Origin: a virus
Taxonomy: Duplodnaviria; Caudoviricetes
Direction: 5' to 3' (one strand)
Virus record (IMG/VR): IMGVR_UViG_3300042939_000506
Location: 1-61,237 of that record
Length of the DNA: 61,237 nt
In this document: positions 1 through 9,251 of the stretch, piece after piece
Position numbering within the stretch: the stretch's first letter is position 1
Layout: each line of letters begins with the position of its first letter
The notes under the pieces: model-generated
What the model was told of the DNA's origin: nothing
The model's database searches: none
The model's input: only the letters and a program-made list of their open reading frames with translations
Position numbers and translations under genes: made by a program

Positions 1-182
1 TCGTGAAGCGCCGTCAGCCTGAACACCCACCGCAGCAGTGCTACCGCTGCCGGGAGTGGTTCATCCCCAGGGTGGCCGTAACCGCGTACTGCTCGCCGTC
101 ATGCGCCAACAAGGACGCTTATCAGCGGCGCAAGGAAGGCGGGTGGCGTCCAAAACCAAAATGACGAAATCCGTTGGAACAC

Positions 183-237
183 TTCATATTTCAGCCGCCA
201 TCCCTTAGGATGGTTACAGGCAGGGAACAAGCCCGCC
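183..237 (+). promoter_or_regulatory. SigA-like promoter (TTCATA-17-TAGGAT) plus AGGCAGGG-N5/6-CCCGCC leader hairpin
   Basis: Leader motif at 218-237 matches those at 14131, 36527 and 56083; followed by GGAAGGA RBS and a GTG start. Confidence 0.55.
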
Positions 238-262
238 CATACCCGGAAGGACCCGATCACCA

Positions 263-604
263 GTGGGAAAAATCGACTTCACCGATAACGTGAAGAACCT
301 GCGCGGACAGGACTTCATCGACCAAGTACGCACCATCGCCCTGCTCTCCGCAGGGTCCTACGGCGTGATGACCTGCGGTGCCTGCCGCAAAGAACCGGCC
401 AAGTGGATCGGGATGCAAGCCTGCGGAGCACCCGGCGGCCCGTTCTGCCACACCTGCGTCGACCACCAACGCGACTGGATGAACACCGCCGAAGCCATCG
501 CCGAAGCACAGCCCTACTGCCGCCACTGCGACGAAGACGTGGACCGCAGCCACATCTACGTCGTGGACCTGTATTCACGCATCAACGACAGGATCACGCT
601 GTGA
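263..604 (+). CDS. Hypothetical Cys-rich (zinc-finger-like) protein
   Basis: GGAAGG RBS; three CxxC motifs (CGAC, CHTC, CRHC); GTGA overlap with next gene. Confidence 0.75.
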   Translation: MGKIDFTDNVKNLRGQDFIDQVRTIALLSAGSYGVMTCGACRKEPAKWIGMQACGAPGGPFCHTCVDHQRDWMNTAEAIAEAQPYCRHCDEDVDRSHIYVVDLYSRINDRITL

Positions 605-1461
605 CCCTCAAGAAGATCGACTACATGGAGAACGCCCGATACTGGGGGCTGTCGGCGGTCGGCCAGGAACTGCGCCTGGTCAACAAACCGGTCAGCTACA
701 CCACCAACCTCCCGGCCCGGCAGCGCGACCAGATCAAAGCGTGCTCCGTGCTGGGTCTGACCTACTGGTCCGACCATCCCGGCAAGAGTTGCGTGTGGGC
801 CACCGACTTCCACCGCCGCTGGCATGTGGTCAAGATCGACTACAAGAACCGTGTAGCCGAGCACTACTGCGGCAAAGGGGACGCGCTGGGCTACAAGCAC
901 GGCTCCGACAAGTGCAGCCACACCGGAACCCGCAAGCAGTTCCTGGCCTGCGAAAGCCTGCAGATCGCGGCCATGGAACTGGCGTGCCCCTCCGTCGAAG
1001 ACCACGACCAGTACGCCGAACTGTCCCGTATCTGGCATTCCACGCCGACGTTTTTCGACGGCAAGGACTGGGAACCGCCGCCGGCGAAGTACACCGCCGC
1101 TGAGAAACGGCTCATCAAAGAGCGCAACGAGACCAAGGCCGCTCAGCGTGACGCCGAGATTGACGCCTTGATCGAGGCCAAGACAGCGGAGTACCGATCC
1201 CAGTCTCCCGAGCAGATAGTGCGGCCACCGCGCAAGAAGAAGGTGGTCCGGGCCGTCCTCCGCAAGTCCTCGCTGGGCGAGGTGGTCCCACCGCGCATGA
1301 CCTTGGAGGCCGCTATCGCCATCATCAACTTTGACCCGGAGTTTCTGCAGGACGTTCCCAGTGAGCGGCTTGTCGAGGCACTAGGCGCAACACCCCATGA
1401 CGAGAAGATCAAAGCCGAACTGGCTGCCCGAGGACTGACCCCCGCCAAGGAGGCATCGTGA
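601..1461 (+). CDS. Hypothetical protein
   Basis: Start moved to GTG 601 (GTGA coupling) within the 403..1461 frame; phage-like codon use. Confidence 0.75.
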   Translation: MTLKKIDYMENARYWGLSAVGQELRLVNKPVSYTTNLPARQRDQIKACSVLGLTYWSDHPGKSCVWATDFHRRWHVVKIDYKNRVAEHYCGKGDALGYKHGSDKCSHTGTRKQFLACESLQIAAMELACPSVEDHDQYAELSRIWHSTPTFFDGKDWEPPPAKYTAAEKRLIKERNETKAAQRDAEIDALIEAKTAEYRSQSPEQIVRPPRKKKVVRAVLRKSSLGEVVPPRMTLEAAIAIINFDPEFLQDVPSERLVEALGATPHDEKIKAELAARGLTPAKEAS

Positions 1462-1652
1462 ATCCCATCCAACCGCCCATGACCAACAGGGAGATCGCCC
1501 TGGACTTCGCCATGCGCCTGGCGATCACCGTCGGAGAGTCCAACGGCGCGGCAGTGGTCAAGAACGCCGAGGCGTTCCTGGCCTTCCTCGACGCTGTGCC
1601 AGCCCCCACCGTGCAAGCACGGCCCCTGTCGTTTGTGGGAGCAGTCGAATGA
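1458..1652 (+). CDS. Small hypothetical protein
   Basis: AAGGAGG RBS; GTGA/ATGA coupling on both sides. Confidence 0.7.
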   Translation: MNPIQPPMTNREIALDFAMRLAITVGESNGAAVVKNAEAFLAFLDAVPAPTVQARPLSFVGAVE

Positions 1653-1846
1653 TGCCGAATCAGAGCCCCGACTACATGCGCGGATCATCAGATGCTCTCG
1701 CGGGGATGGCCAACGGTATTTCGGTGCTGCTGAAAAGAGACACCGTTCCCGACTGCTGCCGGAAATACTTGGAAGCTCTGCGTGCCGCAGCCTCAACCGC
1801 ATCCTCGATCAGCGAAGTGGAGGCGATCTGTGCCGAGGGTTCCTGA
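1649..1846 (+). CDS. Small hypothetical protein
   Basis: ATGA coupling; fills the gap before the polymerase. Confidence 0.6.
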   Translation: MMPNQSPDYMRGSSDALAGMANGISVLLKRDTVPDCCRKYLEALRAAASTASSISEVEAICAEGS

Positions 1847-3638
1847 CCGATCCTGGTACGACCCTGTTCTCGACGCCACGCTGCACACCGGAGACAACGC
1901 TGTCTCCAAGGTCAACGACCTTTACTGCAGCCGTCCACGCCGCATAGCCATCGACATCGAGACACCAGGACTGGATCGCAGCTTCGTCATCAACTGTGTC
2001 ACTGCGGCCTGGATCGAGGGCCCCGGAGTTCAGGTGGTGCTGCTGGACCCGGCACGCGACGGTCTGCACCACAACAAGGTGCGCGACATCATGGAACGGG
2101 CAGCGTCGGTGGTGCTGCACAACGCACCCTTCGACATTCCGGCTCTCTACCACCACAACCTCATCACGGCTGCCGAGATCAACCGGGTGACCGACACGTT
2201 GCTGCTGGCACGCATGGCCTGGCCCAACCCGTATGACACAGAGACCGGAAAGCGGGACCTGACCTCGCTGGCCACCCGGCTGCTGGGCATGGAGGACTTC
2301 GACAAAGGCATGACGCTGGCGTTCAAGGCGGCAGGCTTCAAGACCAAGCAGGCCGGGTACGAGGGCATGGACATCGACTCCCCCATCTACCGGCGGGGAG
2401 CCATGGCCGACACCGTGGCCACTCTGCGGCTGGAACCCATCGTCAGGCAGTACGCCAGACAACGGCTCACCGACCATGGCCTGCCCTCCGGGGCGCACAG
2501 CGACCATGAGGCCGACCAGATCATCGCGGTGCAGGAAACGGTCAACCGGGTGATGCTGCGGCGCACCGCACGCGGCATCAACGTCGACTCCGACTACCTG
2601 ACCCGTTACGCCGAACAGGTGGACAGTGATCGCACCAAAGCGCGGGAAACCCTGTCGGCGGCTGGCCTGGACGGCGGTGTCGGTAAATCCGCGGCCCTGG
2701 TCGGCTACCTGGACTCCATCGGGGAACTGCCGCCGAACTGGAAACGCACCGAGACAGGCAAGCTCGCTGCCACCAAGGAACTGCTCACCGGACTGGATCA
2801 TCCGCTGGCCGACGCTCAGCGTCGGCTGGCTGAAACCGACAAGGTGCTGGGCTACCTCGACAAGGTGTACCGGCAATCTCTGGTGACCGGAAGATGCCAC
2901 CCACAGATCGGTGTGCTGGGAGCGAGTCAGACCGGGCGCATGTCCTGCTCTGCACCGGAACTACAGCAGTTTCCGAAGGAAGCGCGGCCCATCCTGATCG
3001 CTGACCATGAACTCGGTCTGTCCAGTATCGACTGGTCCCAGATCGAGCCGGTGACGATGGGGCTGCTGGCACGCGACGAGAAGTTCCTGGCCGACTACGA
3101 AGCCGGTGAGGATCTGTACGGCCCGATCCAGACCGCTGCCGGCATTGACCGGACGCTGGCCAAGGTGGTGCTGCTGGCCACGATGTACGGCCAGGGAATC
3201 ACCGGGCTGGCCAAACGTATCGGCAAGCATGAGAACGACGCCGCCCAGATCCGCCGCCAGATGCTCGACGCGATGCCTGAGTGCAAACGCTGGATGGCCA
3301 ACGTGCAGGCATACGCCGAGCAGTTCGGTGTGGTGATGACAGCGGCAGGACGGGTGCTGCCGGTGGATTCCGGTGGGGCTTTCCGCGCTGTCAACTACGT
3401 CGTGCAGGGCAGCGCCTATGACGTGCTGGCGCACAGCATCTGCGAGGCAGAACGGCAAGGGTTGGGTGACCACATCGTGCTGGCGATGCACGACGAACTG
3501 GTGGTGGACACGGTGGTGGCCGAGGAGGTGCAGCGGATCATGACCACACCGCCGCCCTGGCTGGCCGAATGGGCTGGGCGCACCCCGACACTCAGAACAG
3601 ACCGCGAGGATATGGGACCGACATGGCTAAAGGTGTGA
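1830..3638 (+). CDS. polA: DNA polymerase, family A (3'-5' exonuclease + polymerase)
   Basis: Exo motifs DIETPG and HNAPFD; TGRMS; motif A DWSQIE; motif B KVVLLATMYG; motif C MHDEL; GGAGG before GTG 1830. Confidence 0.95.
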   Translation: MPRVPDRSWYDPVLDATLHTGDNAVSKVNDLYCSRPRRIAIDIETPGLDRSFVINCVTAAWIEGPGVQVVLLDPARDGLHHNKVRDIMERAASVVLHNAPFDIPALYHHNLITAAEINRVTDTLLLARMAWPNPYDTETGKRDLTSLATRLLGMEDFDKGMTLAFKAAGFKTKQAGYEGMDIDSPIYRRGAMADTVATLRLEPIVRQYARQRLTDHGLPSGAHSDHEADQIIAVQETVNRVMLRRTARGINVDSDYLTRYAEQVDSDRTKARETLSAAGLDGGVGKSAALVGYLDSIGELPPNWKRTETGKLAATKELLTGLDHPLADAQRRLAETDKVLGYLDKVYRQSLVTGRCHPQIGVLGASQTGRMSCSAPELQQFPKEARPILIADHELGLSSIDWSQIEPVTMGLLARDEKFLADYEAGEDLYGPIQTAAGIDRTLAKVVLLATMYGQGITGLAKRIGKHENDAAQIRRQMLDAMPECKRWMANVQAYAEQFGVVMTAAGRVLPVDSGGAFRAVNYVVQGSAYDVLAHSICEAERQGLGDHIVLAMHDELVVDTVVAEEVQRIMTTPPPWLAEWAGRTPTLRTDREDMGPTWLKV

Positions 3639-4039
3639 GGCGTGTGCTGGTGACCGGAAGCCGGTCATGGGCAGACAAAGACGTTCTCTGGGACGCGCTG
3701 GATCAACAGCGCGAGCAATACGGGCTGATTGTGGTGGTTCACGGAGGATGCCCCACCGGAGCTGACTGGTTGGCGTGGAAATGGTGCCATGCCCGCGGTG
3801 TGGCCTGCGAGGTCCACACAGCGGATTGGACAACACACGGCAAGGCTGCTGGCCCGCTCCGTAATCAACGGATGGTCGATCTTGGTGCTGACGTGTGCCT
3901 GGCGTTTCCCTTTGGCGAGAGCAAAGGAACGCGGCACTGCATGAAAGCGGCGAAGAAAGCTGGTATTCCGATCAAGGATTACTCGTATCTGCTAGGCATA
4001 CCGATCCCGAATCTTGATGATGACGGAAACCCGCTGTGA
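3623..4039 (+). CDS. SLOG/YspA-like (DUF2493-type) nucleotide-binding protein
   Basis: RVLVTGSRSW, VVHGGCPTGAD, GKAAGPLRNQRM, SKGTRHC motifs; start 3623 or 3635. Confidence 0.85.
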   Translation: MAKGVRRVLVTGSRSWADKDVLWDALDQQREQYGLIVVVHGGCPTGADWLAWKWCHARGVACEVHTADWTTHGKAAGPLRNQRMVDLGADVCLAFPFGESKGTRHCMKAAKKAGIPIKDYSYLLGIPIPNLDDDGNPL

Positions 4040-4407
4040 CCGGTGTAGAGCGGTGGGTACCGGTACCGGTACCGGGCTACCAGATCAGCGACCACGGCAG
4101 AGTGTGGGTCAACGACCGGGTTGTGCACCGCGTCCACACCGGCCCATACCCTGCCCGTGGCAAACTGCTGGCACCACGGAGGGGAAACCAGTACGGGCAT
4201 CTGTGCGTCACCCTCTACAGAGGACCGCTCAAGCAGAAGTGCTACGTCCACCAACTGGTAGCCGAGGCGTTCATCCCCAAGATTGACGGCAAAACGATGG
4301 TGCTGCACGGCCCCCGAGGGGTCACCTGCAACCACGTTGACAACCTGCGGTGGGGCAACGCCTCCGACAACGAACTGGACAAGCGACGCTGGGCGGGCAA
4401 GCCGTGA
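4036..4407 (+). CDS. NUMOD4/HNH homing endonuclease-like protein
   Basis: ERWVPV..YQISDHGRV N-terminus; VHQLVAEAF...VLH...NHVDNLRWG..SDN. Confidence 0.85.
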   Translation: MTGVERWVPVPVPGYQISDHGRVWVNDRVVHRVHTGPYPARGKLLAPRRGNQYGHLCVTLYRGPLKQKCYVHQLVAEAFIPKIDGKTMVLHGPRGVTCNHVDNLRWGNASDNELDKRRWAGKP

Positions 4408-4454
4408 CACGCCCGAACCACACACCGATTTCAGGATCGGTGATGATGATCTAG

Positions 4455-4502
4455 CCACAAAATCGTGGTCGGAAAACAACGTCTGACCACTACATATTGT
4501 GG
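4455..4502 (+). promoter_or_regulatory. Tandem NrdR-box-like operators overlapping a TATTGT -10 hexamer
   Basis: CCACAAAATCGTGGTC (4455) and CCACTACATATTGTGG (4487), 32 bp apart; the second matches acaCwAtATaTwGtg closely. Confidence 0.6.
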
Positions 4503-4692
4503 TGCCGTCTAATGCGTACAGCTTTGTGCTGATACGTCCACACGATCATGTCGGTGCCCGCTGATTAAATGTGCCCACGCACTCAGAGGCGACTCTGAGA
4601 GCAGACCGGCTCCACCCCCGCAGTGCTTCCCCCGGCACTGAGGAGCCGACGACAACCGAACATCATCCCCCGAACGAAAGAGCATTCCCCCG

Positions 4693-7116
4693 ATGCTTGG
4701 CTCAACGCCTATTTCTGCCATTCTCGGCAGCGGTGTCAACAACACCGATCACGCCGCTGTGCGTTCCTTCATCAAGACGGCCTGCGGAGCAGGTCTGTCG
4801 CTGCTGCTGATCTGCCCCGGCAGCAAAATCCCCTTTGACGGTAGAACCGCTAAACAGCGGGTTGCCGATGATCTTGCTGCCCAGGAGGCGGCAAAGCAGG
4901 CTGGACGCCGGGACTGGACCCGCGTCAAGTCTGCATCCGGGCTGGCTTTGGCCAGCCCGGATGCCAAGACGGTGCTCAAGTACCTCGACACCTACATCGC
5001 CAGATTCGGTGAGGACTGCGCGGTCAACCTGGGCGTGGAGGTCGGCGGGTCACGGCTGATCGTGGTGGACTGCGACACCGAGGCCCAACGGCGAGGATTC
5101 CTGCACGCCGCCGAAGCACCGGATGAGTTGCCGCCCACTGTGATCTCTCCCGGCACGCAGGACGCTGACGGCACCTGGATTCACACTCCCGGCAACGGCC
5201 ACTACTGGTTCACGCTGCCCGAGGGTGTGGACCTGCCCGAATCGGTGGGCGCGATGACCTGGGGCGGTGAGGACGGGTTCGCGGTCCTGTGGAACCGCCG
5301 CTACGTCCTGATCCCGCCGTCCACCCGCAAGGAGGGTGCCTACGAACTGCTGGGGCAGGACTACCCGGCCCCGCCGTGGCTGATCGAGGCGATCAACAAG
5401 CACTGCGCCGCCAAATCGGCACGCATGGAAGCCAACCGGACCAAGGACGAGGACCTTGCCGGGGTGATCGACACCTGGGCTGAAACGATCAGCTGGGCCG
5501 ACATTCTGGAACCGCTGGGATGGACCGCCGTACCCAGGCCGGACAACTGCGGCTGCGAGGTGTGGACCGCTCCCGGCGATCATGCCTCGCTCAAGAGCGC
5601 TACAGCCCACGACTCCGGGTGCTCGCTGGGCCGGTACACCGAAACCAACGCTCCGCTGCACATCTGGACCGACCACGACATCGAGCCCTTTGACGGCTAC
5701 GTCGACACCCACGAGTCCAAAACGCTGTCCAAACTGCAGGCGATTGCCTGGGCTTCCTACGGCGGCAGTGTCGGCCAGGCGATGGATGAACTGAATCTCG
5801 GTACCTCCCCGGTGTCGGAGATTGCTGCTGAGGACGGCCTGTCGATCTCCAATCTGCGGGAGGAGCTACCGTCCCTCCCGGCTACGCCCACCCAGCCGAC
5901 AGCAGATCAGCCCACCTCGCCGTTCGACACCGACGACGACGTGGAACCTCGCGTGTTCGACAGTGGTATTCCCGGTGTCCCTGTCATCGCCCCGTTCTCC
6001 CATTGGGCTGACATGCCGCCACCGGAGTTCTGCGTGGAGGGTCTGATTGAGCGTGGTGGCCTGACTGCGCTGATCGGTCCTCCTGGCGTGGGCAAGTCCA
6101 GTGTCGCGCTGGATCTGGCGTGCCACCTGGCGACCGGCAAGCCGTGGCAGGGCCGCAAGGTCATCAAGACGAAAGTGCTTTACATGCCCGGCGAGGGTCA
6201 GGCCGGCGCGGTGGCGCGTGTTCACGCCTGGTGCCACGAACACGGTGTGTCGTTGTCGGAGATTGACGAGAACCTGCTGATCGGTCTGCCGATCATCTTC
6301 ATCAGCGCGGCTGCCGAGAAGTGGGCGTTGGTGATGAACCAGATCAGCCACGAGGGTGTCGGGCTGGTCATCTTCGACACCTTCGCCCGGATGGCTGCCG
6401 AGATCGACGAGAACTCGTCCAGCCACGTCGGCATGGCGGTGCGACGGTTCGACAAGTTGCGCGAGGAAACCAACTGCGGCGTGCTGGTGGTGCATCACAC
6501 CGCCAAGCACAACCCGATGGCGGCTCGTGGGTCCAGTGCGCTGATGGGTGCTCTCTACACCGAGCTTGTTGTCGGTGAGGCGACGTGGACCTTCGACGAA
6601 CTTGGGTTGACCGGTGCCGGGGGCCGGGTGCCCTCGGGCAAGCCGATTCAGTTGAAAGTGACGAAGCAAAAGAACGCGGAGCAGGAGGAGCATCCGATTC
6701 CGTTGTTGATGCGGAACTGCGAGTCCTGGCGTGCCCCGTACATCACCGGGCCTACCGGCAGAACTGATCCCGGTCTGGGAGAGATCGTCATGGCGGCTCC
6801 GGTGGAGGAGCCGACAGTGGAGACCGCGGTGCGTATTGCAGAGTTCTCGGAGCAGTTCCCGGAGCAGGGCATCACCCGTTCTGAGGCGGTGATCGGTGTG
6901 CGGGCCGATTCCTTCACCGCCACTCGCAAGGATGCGTCCAAGGCATGGAAGCAGAAAGTGTCGTTGTCGGTGGATCTGGCCTTGCGGCTGGGTCTGCTGC
7001 AGACGGTCAACGGGTTGCGTACCGGGACGCGGTATGAGCGCGGCCCGGTTGACCCTCAGGCGGCGCGGATGGCTCATGCCACGGCGGTGATGACAGACGG
7101 GATGGACCCGCAGTGA
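4693..7116 (+). CDS. Bifunctional primase-polymerase fused to AAA (RepA-like) helicase
   Basis: N-terminal LIVVDCD and GHYWF prim-pol motifs; Walker A GPPGVGKS; Walker B LVIFDT; VVHHTAK..ARGSSAL. Confidence 0.9.
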   Translation: MLGSTPISAILGSGVNNTDHAAVRSFIKTACGAGLSLLLICPGSKIPFDGRTAKQRVADDLAAQEAAKQAGRRDWTRVKSASGLALASPDAKTVLKYLDTYIARFGEDCAVNLGVEVGGSRLIVVDCDTEAQRRGFLHAAEAPDELPPTVISPGTQDADGTWIHTPGNGHYWFTLPEGVDLPESVGAMTWGGEDGFAVLWNRRYVLIPPSTRKEGAYELLGQDYPAPPWLIEAINKHCAAKSARMEANRTKDEDLAGVIDTWAETISWADILEPLGWTAVPRPDNCGCEVWTAPGDHASLKSATAHDSGCSLGRYTETNAPLHIWTDHDIEPFDGYVDTHESKTLSKLQAIAWASYGGSVGQAMDELNLGTSPVSEIAAEDGLSISNLREELPSLPATPTQPTADQPTSPFDTDDDVEPRVFDSGIPGVPVIAPFSHWADMPPPEFCVEGLIERGGLTALIGPPGVGKSSVALDLACHLATGKPWQGRKVIKTKVLYMPGEGQAGAVARVHAWCHEHGVSLSEIDENLLIGLPIIFISAAAEKWALVMNQISHEGVGLVIFDTFARMAAEIDENSSSHVGMAVRRFDKLREETNCGVLVVHHTAKHNPMAARGSSALMGALYTELVVGEATWTFDELGLTGAGGRVPSGKPIQLKVTKQKNAEQEEHPIPLLMRNCESWRAPYITGPTGRTDPGLGEIVMAAPVEEPTVETAVRIAEFSEQFPEQGITRSEAVIGVRADSFTATRKDASKAWKQKVSLSVDLALRLGLLQTVNGLRTGTRYERGPVDPQAARMAHATAVMTDGMDPQ

Positions 7117-7218
7117 GCGAGGGCTTGTGGTCGACAGGGCTGATCCTGACCGGTTACGGGGTTCTGCTGGTGGTGCTCGTTGCGCTGAACAAAGCTCCGC
7201 CCTGATGCCCCGGCAAAC

Positions 7219-7247
7219 TAGACAATGCCTACCGTGCTCTGTATTGT
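7219..7247 (+). promoter_or_regulatory. SigA-like promoter TAGACA-17-TATTGT
   Basis: Exact 17-bp spacer ATGCCTACCGTGCTCTG, shared class with promoters at 14094, 36490, 56045. Confidence 0.7.
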
Positions 7248-7270
7248 GAGAGGGTAGGCAGCAGCCTATC

Positions 7271-7299
7271 GACAGTGACAGCGACAGTGACAGCGACAG
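7271..7299 (+). repeat. Hexamer tandem repeat (GACAGY)x5
   Basis: gacagt gacagc gacagt gacagc gacag in the helicase leader. Confidence 0.85.
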
Positions 7300-7317
7300 A
7301 AAGAGTGAGGAACGCAG

Positions 7318-9087
7318 ATGAGCGTCCGAACAGGGAATAAGCCCCGTCAACTACGTCCCTATCAGCTTGAGGCGGCAGAAGCCGTCGAGGCTGACTGGGC
7401 AGCCGGACACAAGCGTGTTGGAGTGGTCCTCCCCACCGGGGCTGGCAAATCCACAGTCATCGGCAAGCTGGTGTCCGACGCCTACCATCGCGGCCAGAAA
7501 GTGGTCATGCTCGCCCACCGCGGAGAACTCATCGACCAGATGATCCGCGACCTCAAAGAGGTCGATCCCACCATTCCGAACAGCCACATCGGTGTGGTCA
7601 GAGCCGACCAGAACAATCACCGCGCACCCATCGTCGGGGCCACCCTGCAGACGTTGGCCAAAGCCAATCGTCGCCGGGCTCTGGGCAAGCGCGATGTCAT
7701 CATCTGGGACGAGGTGCACCACGCGCCGGCGTTGGGCTATCACGCCACCTTCACCGAACTGGGTGGCTACGACGACGCCTACATGTGCGGCTTCACAGCC
7801 ACCATGTACCGCGCCGACAACAGCAAGGGCAAAACCGAGCAGATCGGTCTGGGCGACGTGATCCAGAAGATCAGCTACGAACGCAACCTGCGCTGGGCAA
7901 TCGAGGAAGGCTACCTCGTCCCTCCCACCGGGCTGACAGTCAGGATCGGGGAACTCAACGCCCTCAACGAGATCAAGAACGTGGCCGGTGACTTCAACCA
8001 GGCCGACCTCGCTGAGGTGATGGAAGCGGCGGTGGAGTACACCGTCGATGCCATTGAAATGCACGCCAGAGACCGCCGATCCATTGTGTTCGCGGCCAGT
8101 GTGGACGCCTCCAAGCAGATCGCTGATCTGCTCAACAAACGCGGTGTCCTCTCAGCGGTGTCCACCACCGGGGCCATGAGCTACGACGAGAGGCAGCCGG
8201 TCTACCAAGCCTTCCGCGAGGGCAAAGTCGACGTGCTGGTCACCGTCATGGTGCTCACCGAGGGTGCTGACTTCCCCATGTGCGACTGCGTGGTCATGGC
8301 CAGGCCAACCCGCAGCCGGGTCCTGTACTCGCAGATGGTGGGCCGCGCTCTGCGGCTCTACGACGGCAAGCAGGACGCGCTGGTGCTGGACCTGTCCGGC
8401 ACCACCCGCCAGATGCGGCTCATCCACCTGTCCGAACTGGTGCACGGCATGGGCATCGACATCAAAGAGGTCGACGAGAACGGCGAAGAAGCCATCTGCG
8501 AAGTCTGCGAACTGGTGATGAGCGAGTGCACCTGCGAGAAGGAACCCGAGATCCGGGTCAGTTCCAAACGTCAGGGCGTCGTGGACATGGTGACCATCGA
8601 CCTGCTGGCCGACAACGAGTCCGACATCCTGTGGCTGGAAACGCCTGCCGGTGTGCCGTTCATCAGCCTGCCCGACGGCTGGCTGGTGTTCGTCTGGCCC
8701 AAAGACTCCCGCCGGGACCAGTGGGCTGTCGGCTACATGAACACCGCCAAGAAGAACCCCGACAAGACCCCTGTCGGTGGCTGGTACGAGCTGGGTGCTG
8801 ACGGTGATCCGGTCCACTACCCGATGGCCACGGCGATCAAACACGCCCAGCAGTGGGCCGTGGACTCCAAGCTCAAAGTTCCGACCCGGCTGGCTTCCTG
8901 GCGGCGCAGAAGCCTGCCACCGTCGGAAATGCAGTCCGATCTGGCCAAGCGGCTGGGCATCCCCGGATATGCCGGGATGACCAAAGGCCGGTTGCACGAC
9001 GAGATCAGCATCCACTTCGCAGCACGGCTGCTGGACCCGCAGATGCGGGCCATGGACACCACCGACCCTGAGGCGGTGGCTCTGTGA
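7318..9087 (+). CDS. Superfamily 2 DEAD/DEAH-box helicase
   Basis: LRPYQ, PTGAGKS, DEVHH, TAT, LTEGADFP, QMVGRALR. Confidence 0.95.
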   Translation: MSVRTGNKPRQLRPYQLEAAEAVEADWAAGHKRVGVVLPTGAGKSTVIGKLVSDAYHRGQKVVMLAHRGELIDQMIRDLKEVDPTIPNSHIGVVRADQNNHRAPIVGATLQTLAKANRRRALGKRDVIIWDEVHHAPALGYHATFTELGGYDDAYMCGFTATMYRADNSKGKTEQIGLGDVIQKISYERNLRWAIEEGYLVPPTGLTVRIGELNALNEIKNVAGDFNQADLAEVMEAAVEYTVDAIEMHARDRRSIVFAASVDASKQIADLLNKRGVLSAVSTTGAMSYDERQPVYQAFREGKVDVLVTVMVLTEGADFPMCDCVVMARPTRSRVLYSQMVGRALRLYDGKQDALVLDLSGTTRQMRLIHLSELVHGMGIDIKEVDENGEEAICEVCELVMSECTCEKEPEIRVSSKRQGVVDMVTIDLLADNESDILWLETPAGVPFISLPDGWLVFVWPKDSRRDQWAVGYMNTAKKNPDKTPVGGWYELGADGDPVHYPMATAIKHAQQWAVDSKLKVPTRLASWRRRSLPPSEMQSDLAKRLGIPGYAGMTKGRLHDEISIHFAARLLDPQMRAMDTTDPEAVAL

Positions 9088-9251
9088 CTGTCACCGTGAC
9101 CTTCGGCCTCTGCCCGACCTGCGAAATGGCCTACCAGGACACCACTCCGCGCTGGGTGGTCTGCGACAGCCGGGGTGCTGACCGTGGCTGCTACGACGAC
9201 GAAGTTGACGCTCTCAACTACGCCCTACTCGTGACGGAGTTCGGCTGGTGA
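9084..9251 (+). CDS. Small hypothetical protein (55 aa, not in ORF track)
   Basis: GTGA coupling at both ends; MTVTVTFGLCPTCEMAYQDTTPRWVV...EFGW. Confidence 0.6.
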   Translation: MTVTVTFGLCPTCEMAYQDTTPRWVVCDSRGADRGCYDDEVDALNYALLVTEFGW

